DNA of 64,000 nt from contig JBDTMN010000003.1 of the NCBI GenBank assembly GCA_039934295.1, forward strand, positions 10,625 through 74,624, written 5' to 3'. A program made the translations under genes and the position numbers. This document shows positions 8,689 to 19,300 of this stretch, piece after piece. The notes beneath the pieces were generated by a model. It made no database searches. It was not told where the DNA came from and saw nothing but the letters and a program-made list of their open reading frames with translations. The first letter of the stretch is position 1. Each line of letters begins with the position of its first letter. This DNA is from Candidatus Tayloriibacteriota bacterium. GTDB taxonomy: Bacteria; Patescibacteriota; Minisyncoccia; Phycocordibacterales; HO2-43-120.

Positions 8689-9312
8689 ATGGACAGTCTA
8701 AACAAACTCATCGAACTTTTTAGACAATTTCCCGGCATTGGGCCTCGGCAGGCGCGCCGTTTTGTGTATTTTCTCCTTTCGCAGACCAATGCTTACCGAG
8801 ATCTCTTGGTCAAAAATATCCAAGAACTAAAAGATACGATTGAGATTTGCAAATCATGCTATCGGTACTTTCCTGTCGGTAAAATCCAATCCAATGAGTG
8901 CTCTATCTGCCGTGACAAGAATCGGGAAAATGGAATGCTCCTTGTTGTAAGCCGTGACGTGGACTATGAAAATATTGAAAAAAGTCGAAGTTTCGTAGGA
9001 AAATATTTTGTGTTGGGCGGTAATATTCCCATCCTTGAAAAAGAGCCAGAATCAAAAATCCGTTCTCGTGAGCTTGTCGCGCTTGTTGAAGCTCGGGCAA
9101 AAAACAAGACGCTGAAAGAGGTCATTCTTGCCCTGAATGTCACGCCGGAAGGAGAAAATACCGAAATGTTCCTGAAAAAAAGTCTCACACCTCTTTCGGA
9201 AAAATACGCTTTCAAAATATCCGAGCTCGGCCGTGGACTCTCCACAGGCCTCGAACTTGAATACTCCGACGCGGAAACCATAAAAAACGCGCTCTTAAAC
9301 AGACACTCATGA
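8689..9312 (+). CDS. recR: Recombination protein RecR
   Basis: LIELFRQFPGIGPRQARR helix-hairpin-helix, C4 zinc finger CKSC..CSICRD, and Toprim region. Confidence 0.9.
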   Translation: MDSLNKLIELFRQFPGIGPRQARRFVYFLLSQTNAYRDLLVKNIQELKDTIEICKSCYRYFPVGKIQSNECSICRDKNRENGMLLVVSRDVDYENIEKSRSFVGKYFVLGGNIPILEKEPESKIRSRELVALVEARAKNKTLKEVILALNVTPEGENTEMFLKKSLTPLSEKYAFKISELGRGLSTGLELEYSDAETIKNALLNRHS

Positions 9313-9860
9313 AGCTTCTCATACTATTCGGCCCTCCCGCAGTCGGTAAAACCACTGTTGGAAAAATTATCGAGGAAAAGTCTGATTTCAAACTGTTCCA
9401 CAACCACATGATTATGGACGGTGTCATGCAACTGTTCGGTGTTGGAACTCCTATCGAAGACAAGCTAAGCCGTGAATTTCGCACGAGAATTATTGAAGAA
9501 GCAGCAGAAAATGGATTCAATCTCATTTTTACCTATGTTTGGAATTTTGATAAGGAAAAAGGTAAAATCAATATTGACCGATATAAAAGCATCTACGAAT
9601 CGCGAGGAGGGTCAGTTATCTTTGCCGAATTGTCTGCTCCACTCATCACTCGAATTGAGAGAGCAAAGAGTCTTCAAAGAAAAGAAATTAAAGCTCACGC
9701 ACCCGACTCCGAGCGCGTAGGAAGACTCGAAAAGACTCACAATTTCACTCCTCCATCAGCTTTTTACTATCCCAATTTGCATAAAAAATTCGAGACAGAC
9801 AACAAGACTCCGGAGCAAATCGCTACGGAAGTTATAACATTCATCGGAACGTTTTCCTAG
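9309..9860 (+). CDS. P-loop NTPase/kinase-family protein
   Basis: Walker A FGPPAVGKTT at the N-terminus, small kinase-like size. Start overlaps the recR stop (ATGA). Confidence 0.5.
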   Translation: MKLLILFGPPAVGKTTVGKIIEEKSDFKLFHNHMIMDGVMQLFGVGTPIEDKLSREFRTRIIEEAAENGFNLIFTYVWNFDKEKGKINIDRYKSIYESRGGSVIFAELSAPLITRIERAKSLQRKEIKAHAPDSERVGRLEKTHNFTPPSAFYYPNLHKKFETDNKTPEQIATEVITFIGTFS

Positions 9861-9908
9861 GTCATTTCTTGATATACTAAAATCACTAATAACTAATTAC
9901 TAGCAACT

Positions 9909-10301
9909 ATGAGCATCTTATTTCTCATCGGGCGGATACTTTTCGGAGGTTTTTTCTTGAAAATGGGCATTAGTCACTTTAAAAATCGGACTGCGATGGC
10001 GGGATATTCAGCTTCAAAAGGAGTGCCCTCGCCTATGTTGGCTGTTGTCGGCTCGGGCGCGCTTATTTTCCTCGGGGGCTTGGGAGTCATTTTGGGAGTG
10101 TATGTCAGACTCTCACTCATTTTCATTATCCTCTTTCTCATTCCGGTCACATTCACCATGCACCGCTACTGGAGCGTCGCCGACCCTGACAGAAAAATGA
10201 TTGAGGCAATCAATTTCAACAAAAACATTGCTCTTTTGGGAGCCACTTGTATGCTTCTCATGCTTCCACTTACTCTTTGGACTTTTAGTCTCTGGCCATA
10301 G
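9909..10301 (+). CDS. DoxX-family membrane protein
   Basis: Four predicted TM helices with DoxX-like spacing. Confidence 0.55.
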   Translation: MSILFLIGRILFGGFFLKMGISHFKNRTAMAGYSASKGVPSPMLAVVGSGALIFLGGLGVILGVYVRLSLIFIILFLIPVTFTMHRYWSVADPDRKMIEAINFNKNIALLGATCMLLMLPLTLWTFSLWP

Positions 10302-10329
10302 GGCATAGGACATAATCTGCCAAAATTTT

Positions 10330-10371
10330 TTCTTTCGTCTCACTTAGCAAAATGACGCGATAGCGTCATTT
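10330..10371. terminator. Perfect 18-bp hairpin between convergent genes, followed by an ataagcg/ataagta tandem repeat tract
   Basis: cacttagcaaaatgacgc-gata-gcgtcattttgctaagtg. Confidence 0.5.
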
Positions 10372-10441
10372 TGCTAAGTGGTAGTAGATAAGCGATAAGC
10401 GAAAAGTAATAAGCGATAAGTAATAAGTGATACGGAAATTA

Positions 10442-10996
10442 TTATCTATTGAGAAGAGATTCGGCAAATTCAAAAAGATGCGTGCCAACAAGAACCGCTT
10501 GGGCGCCCTTCTTCACGTCTCGTATTGTTTTTATGTTGCTTGCCTGACAGAGCCAGCCGGGGAAAACGGCCCGCGCTTCTTCAAATGTTTCCTTTTTTAA
10601 ACCCCCAGTTTTGAGATCCCTGCTGTTCCACACGGCGCGGAGAGTATCGGGCAGTCGCTCGAGCTCCGACAAAGTGTCGGGCTCGATTAGACACTTGTTC
10701 AAATGAATTTTTGGAATTCTTCCCACGACCAACACGAAATCTGCGCCTGCGGAAATCGCTTCCTGAATTTCCCTATCCGTCGCATGAATTCCCTTCGCCA
10801 AGATGGGCTTCAGGGTCATGGACTTCGCTTTCTTCACAAGCTCGAATGACCCATGCCACCTCGGGTCGGTATGAACTGAAATAATATCCCCTATCTCATT
10901 TGCAACCTGAAACAATTCATCCCAGCTACTCTCTGACACAAACCCAAACGGCGAGTGCGTTTTCACCTCTGCAATAATTTGAATTTTGTTTTTCAT
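10442..10996 (-). CDS. Indole-3-glycerol-phosphate synthase-like (TrpC-fold) protein
   Basis: IIAEVKTHSPFG and AGADFVLV motifs resemble IGPS. Confidence 0.45.
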   Translation of the reverse strand: MKNKIQIIAEVKTHSPFGFVSESSWDELFQVANEIGDIISVHTDPRWHGSFELVKKAKSMTLKPILAKGIHATDREIQEAISAGADFVLVVGRIPKIHLNKCLIEPDTLSELERLPDTLRAVWNSRDLKTGGLKKETFEEARAVFPGWLCQASNIKTIRDVKKGAQAVLVGTHLFEFAESLLNR

Positions 10997-11119
10997 TCGA
11001 AAGTGCGTTTTATTTTGGGGAAAAAACGAGGTTAGTCACAATTTTTTTAAATAATGTTTCAATAAATGGTGGCGGACCCAGGTATCCAGACTCGTCCGCA
11101 GACTGCATAGTTTACTAGG

Positions 11120-11158
11120 GTTTAAAAAATCCCCTCAAGATTTTATTTGGGGATTTTT
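11120..11158 (-). terminator. Rho-independent terminator downstream of the 11187-11798 gene
   Basis: Minus sense: aaaatcccc-loop-ggggatttttt. Confidence 0.55.
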
Positions 11159-11186
11159 CATTTACAAAAATAGAAAAGCGTAATGA

Positions 11187-11798
11187 TTATTTTGCTTTTT
11201 CAAGTCGGAGAGCTTTTCTTGTCTCATCAGTTTCAGCACCGCTACCACAACACAAATTCACCAGCCCCTCTACTCCACGCAAAGTCGCTTGTGCTTGTGT
11301 GGCTGAATGGCCATATGATTCCCAATCATCTTGCGTCAATGATTCCTTGCATGCTTCGAGCAAGTATTTTACATAGTTGAGGGTTTTTGATTGGTGAACA
11401 TTTTCGAATATGGTAATTGTCTCTAAATACTTATCCATAGTTTTTGTTGATTCGATTTTTATCTCCTTGAGCTTTTGCTGAAGTGCGGTATTCAATTCTT
11501 CAGGAAGAATTTCCTTCTGGGAAGAAGAATCAAAGCCTAAACTACTATATGCATACATTTTCGGATCCCTTATGAGATCAACTGGCCAGTCAGCAGTGTT
11601 CGATGTACGCAGTGGCCCATCTTCTGAGTGTAAATCGCGAATAATTATTTTTAATTTAAGCAATTCTTGAAACCCTTGCTCTGCACTAAACGCCCTCTCT
11701 CTTTTTTTTATTTCAATATTCACCGGCGTCTCGAGTTCATCTTCTGGTCGGTCAAATTGACCCATATCTTTAAAATGTGTATATCCTTCTAGTGGCAT
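11187..11798 (-). CDS. Hypothetical protein
   Basis: 203-aa ORF with no recognisable motif; last gene of the RHS-downstream cluster. Confidence 0.4.
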   Translation of the reverse strand: MPLEGYTHFKDMGQFDRPEDELETPVNIEIKKRERAFSAEQGFQELLKLKIIIRDLHSEDGPLRTSNTADWPVDLIRDPKMYAYSSLGFDSSSQKEILPEELNTALQQKLKEIKIESTKTMDKYLETITIFENVHQSKTLNYVKYLLEACKESLTQDDWESYGHSATQAQATLRGVEGLVNLCCGSGAETDETRKALRLEKAK

Positions 11799-11808
11799 AA
11801 TAGAATGA

Positions 11809-12311
11809 CTAATTGGTAATTGTTACAGTATATCTCTTATACACTGACTTGCAACATGTCCCGCCAAAGTGAAATTCCAAAGTTTTTTTGCCAGTCAGTA
11901 AATGGAACCAGTCACCATTCTCCTTTTTAATATTTGAGATAAATGTTTGATTATCGCAAATTCTGGCGGACCACGCTATTTCGACGTTCAGTCCGCCATA
12001 CAATTTTTTTTGACCAAAGCATTATCTATGAGTTCGAAACTTATTCCTAATTCAGTTTTGATACCTCCAGTAAAATAAAGTAACTTAGTTTCGCCATTCT
12101 CAGTAAAGTTGCGGTCAGGTTTTCCCATAATATTTGCTATTTCATCAAAAGATGCCCCAATTTTAACGTCATTGCAATTCGCAATATATTCTTTAGATTG
12201 ATCAGCAAACCAATCCCTCCCATTGTGAATAAAAGATAAACGAAATAAAATAATTATCACCAAGGAAATTGTGAGCAAAATTGCGAGAAAAATAATTATT
12301 CGTTTTCTCAT
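11809..12311 (-). CDS. Hypothetical secreted/membrane-anchored protein, possibly split by a frameshift (ORFs 11988-12311 and 11809-12003 overlap)
   Basis: 107-aa ORF with N-terminal TM, followed by an overlapping 64-aa ORF in another frame. Confidence 0.3.
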
Positions 12312-12350
12312 ACATTTATAGTTATGAATTTCTCAAAAAAAGCAATTTTG

Positions 12351-12998
12351 TTATTTATGATACTCAGAAATGGTTTTACCTGGTGCAATGGACATTATAT
12401 ATATTTTTGAGTCTTTTTCAGTCAAAACCATAAGGAAAGTTTTTTTATTGCCGTTTTGTGTCTCAAAAGTTTCTTGAAAGAACACCCCTTCATCAGCGTA
12501 TTTATCCGGAAAATATAAAGAAACGCCTCCGTCGTCCTCATTCATAGATTTGAAATCTGTGAAAAATGGAATGTAGCGATCCTGATAGGCTTTTCGAATG
12601 ACGCTATCGCCATTCTCTTGAATTGCAAGCGGATTAGTCATAGCTATTAACGCATCAATATTTGCACTGCGTAGCAAACCAATCGCGATGCGCATGCTTG
12701 GTCCATATTTGTTTGCTAGATTTTTTGTTTTTTCCACTAATACTTGTTGCTCATCAGTCAATTTCTCCGGATTGACTGAGCTATTTCCGCTTCTATAATC
12801 TATTGTGGAATCATCATTGTTCGTGTCGGGTGCAGTATAATCAAAAGGAAGAATGGGCTCTGATTTTTCCATTTTAGAATTGTTAGCTAATTTTCCTCCT
12901 AGCCAGACAACAACAATACCTATTACTAGTACGGCAATTATACCTAATAAGATTTTTCCGTATCGCCTAGACAGTTGATTAAAATAAAATATCTTCAA
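12351..12998 (-). CDS. Membrane-anchored hypothetical protein
   Basis: N-terminal TM helix, 215 aa. Confidence 0.4.
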   Translation of the reverse strand: MKIFYFNQLSRRYGKILLGIIAVLVIGIVVVWLGGKLANNSKMEKSEPILPFDYTAPDTNNDDSTIDYRSGNSSVNPEKLTDEQQVLVEKTKNLANKYGPSMRIAIGLLRSANIDALIAMTNPLAIQENGDSVIRKAYQDRYIPFFTDFKSMNEDDGGVSLYFPDKYADEGVFFQETFETQNGNKKTFLMVLTEKDSKIYIMSIAPGKTISEYHK

Positions 12999-13010
12999 AG
13001 ATTTAAAAGA

Positions 13011-13289
13011 TTATCGTATAATATCCCTGGCAAAAATTAAAACATTCACTATAAGAATAATCGCGCTCATGTATATTCCAATTGTACCAAATATTTTTTG
13101 CCAACCAATACTATTCATCATAAATGATAAAGAAAAATAAAATAGGAGCAGGAGAAAGGGTAAAAGTAGAAAAATAAACGGAATCAGAAATTCATATGAA
13201 TTTCTTACCGTTAAAAGACTGACTGTCCCAAATAAACACCAAATAATAAGAATTAAACTCGCGCAAGTTTTGAATATAACCCTGTTCAT
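13011..13289 (-). CDS. Small integral membrane protein (3 TM); candidate immunity protein for the upstream RHS toxin
   Basis: 92 aa, hydrophobic, immediately 3' of the RHS toxin gene. Confidence 0.45.
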   Translation of the reverse strand: MNRVIFKTCASLILIIWCLFGTVSLLTVRNSYEFLIPFIFLLLPFLLLLFYFSLSFMMNSIGWQKIFGTIGIYMSAIILIVNVLIFARDIIR

Positions 13290-13302
13290 GTCAATTGAAT
13301 AA

Positions 13303-16300
13303 TTATTTATTTATTTTTTTATCAACTTTCGACCACACTGATTTTGTCATATATTTGCCGTGAGCATTAAAAGGATTAAGCGCTTGAAAAGTTACATTGA
13401 TATTAGTCGCGCCATTTACTTTTCTTCCTCCATAACCAAACTGACCCCAACCTAAAAGACTTCCTGCTACTCCTCCAATACCTGCACCGATTGGTCCTCC
13501 TATTGCTCCTCCTCCAGCAAAACCGGCAACACCAGTCGCTGATAGTTGATTTCCGCCCAGTTTTTGTATTGGATCGAGCACTGAATACGCATTCACTTGA
13601 TTCTTCACATTATCTCTGTCCGCACTATAGCCATTAATTACAGGAGTACCGAGCGTCACTAAATTATCTACACTGTGATTAATTTCCCCAGTAATCAGAT
13701 TTGCTACATTACCACCATGACTATGACCTACGATATTTAATTTCTCGCCGTCGGCGAAATGGTACTCATTGATTTGTTTAGCGATGGCATCCGCAGCACT
13801 TTGTCTGGCTGCATCATTATCTCCACCAGACCAAACGCTTTTGTTATTTTCAACAATCATTGTATCATTGAACGTATTTTGCACTTCAGAAAGGAACCCA
13901 GCCAGACTGCCGTTAGTGCTCCACTCATTTGTATTATATCGAGTCCCGGGGATAACTATCGTGAGTAATCCAGATGGATCACTTCCAAGTATTGGATTGT
14001 TTCTTCCGTAAGAGTAACTATTCAGACTCTGCGGGTCATTCAGGATTTTTTCGAAACCTACCCAGAACACCGGGTCCTCGCTCAAGAACCTTCCAATCTT
14101 AGAATAGTAATATCTCGCGTTCAGATAATCAAGGTCTGTGTCTTTATCATACATCTGCCCTATGTATTGCCTTTGCTCGGTATGACTGCCGGAGGAAATT
14201 CTTTGCGCTCCGAATGGATAGTAGTCGAGGGTTTCGACTGGAGCGCCTAAGCTGTCGGAAACAACAGTAGTTGAATTCAAGTGGTCGGTGTGAACATAGA
14301 ACGGCGTTACCACGCTACCGACTGTTTCTACTGTCGCTACCAGTTGGTCTCCTGCATAGATTTGCTTGGTTTTTTTAGTGCCTTCAACATTGTAGAAATT
14401 GTTTGGATAGAACGTTGCCGTCGAGCCCTTGGCGTATTTTACTCGGTTGCCTTCGTGGTCATAGAGATAGTACAAATAGTTCGTCGCTGTGCCACCTTCC
14501 ACTGCTTTTAGCGACATTTTATTTGTATCAATGCCCGAGCTGGTTACAGTTCCTTTCGTTACCGCGTTGCCGTTCTTGTCATATGAATCGGACGGGTTTT
14601 TTACCGAATTAGCTCCGACTACAGTTTGCGTAATTTGATTTTTATAATTCCACGTGTTCGTCAATGTGCCATTCCCAATCAGGTTGCCGTTACTATCATA
14701 CGTGTAGATGACATTGTTTATTGAAGTTACAGCGTGCGGATTCGCCTTGAGCGCGCCGGAATTGCCCTGATAGAGATAGACGCCCCCCGGACCAGTCAAA
14801 ATATTGCCCAACGCGTCATAGGAGTAAGAATACGTGTATGAACTCTGGCCCGCCGGAGTTCCCGAAATAGTGGCTGAAGTTAAACGATAGAGGTCATCGT
14901 AGGTATAATTTGCCGTCTTCGCTCCTTGAGTATTCGACGCGTCTACAATTTTGGTAATGTTGCCGACGGGGTCGTAAGTGTAAGTAAAGTTCTGCAAGTC
15001 AATAATGCCGGGAGACCCATTCCCACCGCTTGACTTCCCGACATCGGGAGCACTGTCGGACTTGAGACCAGCTGTGGCGACTCCTGACAAAACCGTAAAC
15101 GTTTTGTCTTTCGTAAGCGAAGTAAATGTGTGAATCGTGTTTCCGCCCGAAGTTGTAATCATTCCCCCTATCGCGTCTACGGAGCCAGTTGGGTAACTTA
15201 TTATCACAATACCGGAGCCACCGGAGCCGCCATTGTCATTATTAAGATGCCAACCTCCGCCACCGCCTCCGCCACCTGTATTTGGAGCCCCATCACCTGC
15301 CCCAGAAAAATTTGAAGCATTTCCTCCTCCTCCATCGCCTCCCGCCCCTGGAGAGCTTGCCGCGCCTCCCCCTCCGCCTCCTCTCATGACAGGTGAACCA
15401 CTGATGCTCGATTCTCTGCCTACTCCTCCTACTCCCCCTTTTCTACTCGTTCCATTTCCCCCGCTAGCTCCCATACCTCCGCCTCCGCCACCTTGTCTAT
15501 TGTCATATGTGGAGTTTCCTTCTCCCGCTCCTCCACTATTTCCTTGTCCCACGACACCGGTTCCTCCTGCTCCACTAACTCCTGCTCTACCTGAAAAACC
15601 ACCTCCACCCGAACCTCCATTGTTCCCGATTCCACCGTCGTAAGAATTATTCCTCGCCCCTGCTCCTCCACCTCCGCCGATAGCTGTTATATCGAAAGCA
15701 GAGCTGTCGTTTCCATTTTCTCCTTTTGCTCCAACATTATAGCTTCCCACCGCCCCAACACCACCTGCTCCAACCATAATAGAATATGTTCCGAGCAAAA
15801 CTCCCACAGCATTATTTTCTATATACCCTCCCGCACCTCCTCCACCACCCTGAAGTTCTGGGCCTTTACCGCCTCCGCCTCCGCCACCTATAATCAAGAC
15901 CTTTACAAACTTAGGAGCGGGAGCGGTGCCCACCGTTACTGTTCTTATCTTTTCAGTTGCGGGCATTCCTCCCGAATCGGAAACATTGTAATTAAGTTTA
16001 TACGTTCCAGCCACTGAAGTTTTCACGCTTCCCGTCACTTTGACAGATGACGTAAGGTTTCCGTCTTCAACATCTGTTGCAGAATATCCCGGTTCGGTGA
16101 AGGTATCGCCAATAAGCAAATTAATTGCACTTGAGCCTGTAAGAGTAATGGAGGGAACATTGTTGGCAGTTGGAACATAGCCGACCGAAGTTTTCTTGTT
16201 GATTAAGCGATATAGATTTGCGACATCATAGGTGTTTTTCGTTGTCGCCCCATTTGCGTCTACTTGCGTCGCAATTTGCCCTAACGGATTGTAGTCAAAA

Positions 16301-19300
16301 TTATAAACTACATTTGTAAACCCCCCGCCGTTTTCTTTTCTCATAATTTTATCAAGTTGACCTGCGGAGTTATAGGTATATTTGGTCTGCGCGTTGTCGG
16401 GATAGGTAATGGTAAGAAGATTACCCAGTCGGTTATAGGTATACGAAGTGGTATACGTCGTGCCGGCAATGTTCTTTGCTTCACTTGCTATATTACCGTT
16501 TGAGTCGTAGGTATAGTCAGTATTTGCTCCTGCCGTCATAATTGCGGAACAGAGCCTTCCCTTGCCGTTTGCGCAACCGCCGAAGAAATATGTAATTTCA
16601 GTTCCTGGACCCCCCGTGTAATCTTCGGTCAAGGGATGACTCATGCTGTCGTAGGTATAATTTGTTGTCTGAGAATTTGGGCTCACTGATTGCAGGACAT
16701 TTCCAGCGTCGTCGTAGCTATTCGTCCATGTTCCGAACGTGCTGTCCCCAGATACGTGCAAGTCCTGCGCAGTTAAGAGCCGTCCGAGACCGTCGTAAGT
16801 GAAGTTGCGGATATTGCTTAATGCGTCGGTAATCTTCAATAGTTTGCCGGAAAGATTCCATTCGTAATACGTCGCGTATGTTGACCCGCCGTTTATTTCT
16901 TCAACTTTTATTAAGTTGCCGTACGCGTCTTTGTAATAATTCTTTACCTTGCCATTTTTGTCGGTAACTTTTGTTTTCCAATCGTCGTAGCTATATTTTG
17001 TCGCGCCTGTGGCGTCCACTATGGAGAGTGGCCGACCGAGAGCATCGTAGGTATTTGTCGAGTAGAGGGAAGCAATTCCTGTTGGAGAGGATTTAGAACC
17101 ACCGCCTACATAAGGAAGCGACTGCTTCACTACTAACCCTACATTGTTATAGACAGTATCTTTTACATTGTAACTGCCAGAAGCTTCGGCTTCTTTACTC
17201 TCTTGAACCAGGCGTCCAAGACCGTCGAAGAATTGAAATGTTAAGACTTCAGTAATACTGTCGGGATAATCCTTTTGCACTATTCTTAACTCTCCCGGGA
17301 TATCGCTATATGCATAAGTTGTTTTTGTGACCGGGAAATATGGAATTGAGAAATTTGGAATTTTTTGTTCAATGACGCGATCTAACCCGTCGTAGACGGT
17401 CTCGTAAGTATTACCGTTCTCGTCATTTATTTGCCGAGGTTTTCCAAGCGAGTAATCGTAATTGTATTGAACCGTCAGATTCAGTGGGGTGGTAACGGAT
17501 GCAGGATAAAGGCTATAGGTATCGTAAGTATACGAGGTTACCTTTCCGCGCGGGTCAATCGAGGTCGTGACTAAACCTAAATTGTTATAGGTTTTTTGGC
17601 TGTTCACGAAGCTGTCGCCCGATTTCCACTGTTCTACTTTGGTTTGATTGCCCTTATCTACTGAACCCAAGGGAAGAGTATCGTAATAATATTTTGATTC
17701 GCCTACTCTTGCCGAAGAGGCATCCGTAACCTTTTCGCTTGAAAGGACATTCACCTTGGTTGCGCCATTTATCGAATAGGTGTAGGTAGTAACGCGCTTA
17801 TCCGAACCAGTGTCAGTAAATGTTCCGTCCGCGCTTGCCGTCACCTGTCCCCATTCAGTTTTCGTAAGAAGGTTGCCGTTTGCATTGTCATACGTATATT
17901 CGACAGCAGTATCTTTGTGACTGCTGTTTCCGTCGTAGGTGAGTACCGTTTGACGGGAGAGTTTTACAAAATCATGATTTTCGCCGAAGTTATTTCTATC
18001 CCACTTGTTGACTGTTAATCGAAACAAATGTCTCGCATTGTCATATTCTTCAATCCTGTATATTTTTCCCGCCTTTGAAATATGGTCATCGTATTCTCCG
18101 AGCGAAGCATTGGTCGTATTGCCCTGATGATAGTACGTCTTTGTCACATTGCCCGCAGCGTCGGAGGATGTTACTAATTCGAAACCTGCAAATTTTCTGT
18201 CAAAAGCATTATTGTAGTAATAATATCCGTTCGCGTAGGTGTTCGTAAGCGATTGCTCATTGGATTGCCCGGGGTCGGTTTTGATAGACGAAACGGTGTA
18301 GACAATTTGAGAAAGTTTCGGGTTCAGCAAATTATCATAGTCGTCTCGATAACCGGTTGATGGTTTGTAAGTGATGTTCGATTGAGAACCGGTGGAAGCA
18401 ATAATTGTTTTAAGAAGTTGTGATTTGATTCCTTGGTTTATGGAAACTTCGCTACTTTCAGTACCGTCGTCCGCTCTAAATCCTAAAACTATATCGCTCA
18501 ATCCATCACCATTCATGTCCATGAGGTAAGCAATATTAATACGCGCACCTGATTTATTATCCCTAGTCACAAAAGATGGGAGACCCAAAGAAGAGGCATC
18601 TTTGGAAGTAAAGCCATAGCCATTATTAATATATAACAATTGATTCATCCTTAAGCTCTGCGTTTGACTTAAATTTTCGCACTCTTTGTCACTGCTATTA
18701 CCGCCAGTGTTACTACATACAATATCGGTAAGACCGTCTCCGTTCACATCTCCAAATTGAAATACGTTAGGATAAAAGGAAGCGAGAAGAGGAGCAGTAG
18801 AATAGGTAGGATCATTAATCCAGTCCTTACCGTTATTCATATAAAACAGATTTGAGTTTGTCTGTGTTGAAGGACCACTAATTACATCAGCAAGTTGATC
18901 GCCATTTAAATCTGCCAATCTCACTCCAGTTTCATGCTGTTCTCCGCTAGATGTCTTATAGTCAAAACTAAAAGGAAAATTATTAGTAATTGTCCACCCC
19001 GAGCCATTATTTCGATATTGCGTGCCCGAGCAGGTTCCCACAGATGTTGCGCAAACTACATCCAATAATCCATCACCATTTATATCGTCAAACTGGTGGT
19101 TGCCAAAATCATATCTGCTACCGCCATTAAACATAGGCGTATTGCCGTCATAAGAAGTATTCTGCGTCCAAGCAGTGCCATCAACGTTAAGGAACGTCTG
19201 TGAATAAGTTGTTTTAGGAGCGGCACCTCTGTAATGACCAAAAAGAATATCCGCAAGCCCGTCTCCGTTCACGTCCTGCAAGCGAACACCATAATCTTTT

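Noticed and set aside
15233-15643. Plus-strand 136-aa poly-proline ORF
   Set aside because: Antisense shadow of the glycine-rich (GGN codon) segment of the RHS gene on the minus strand.
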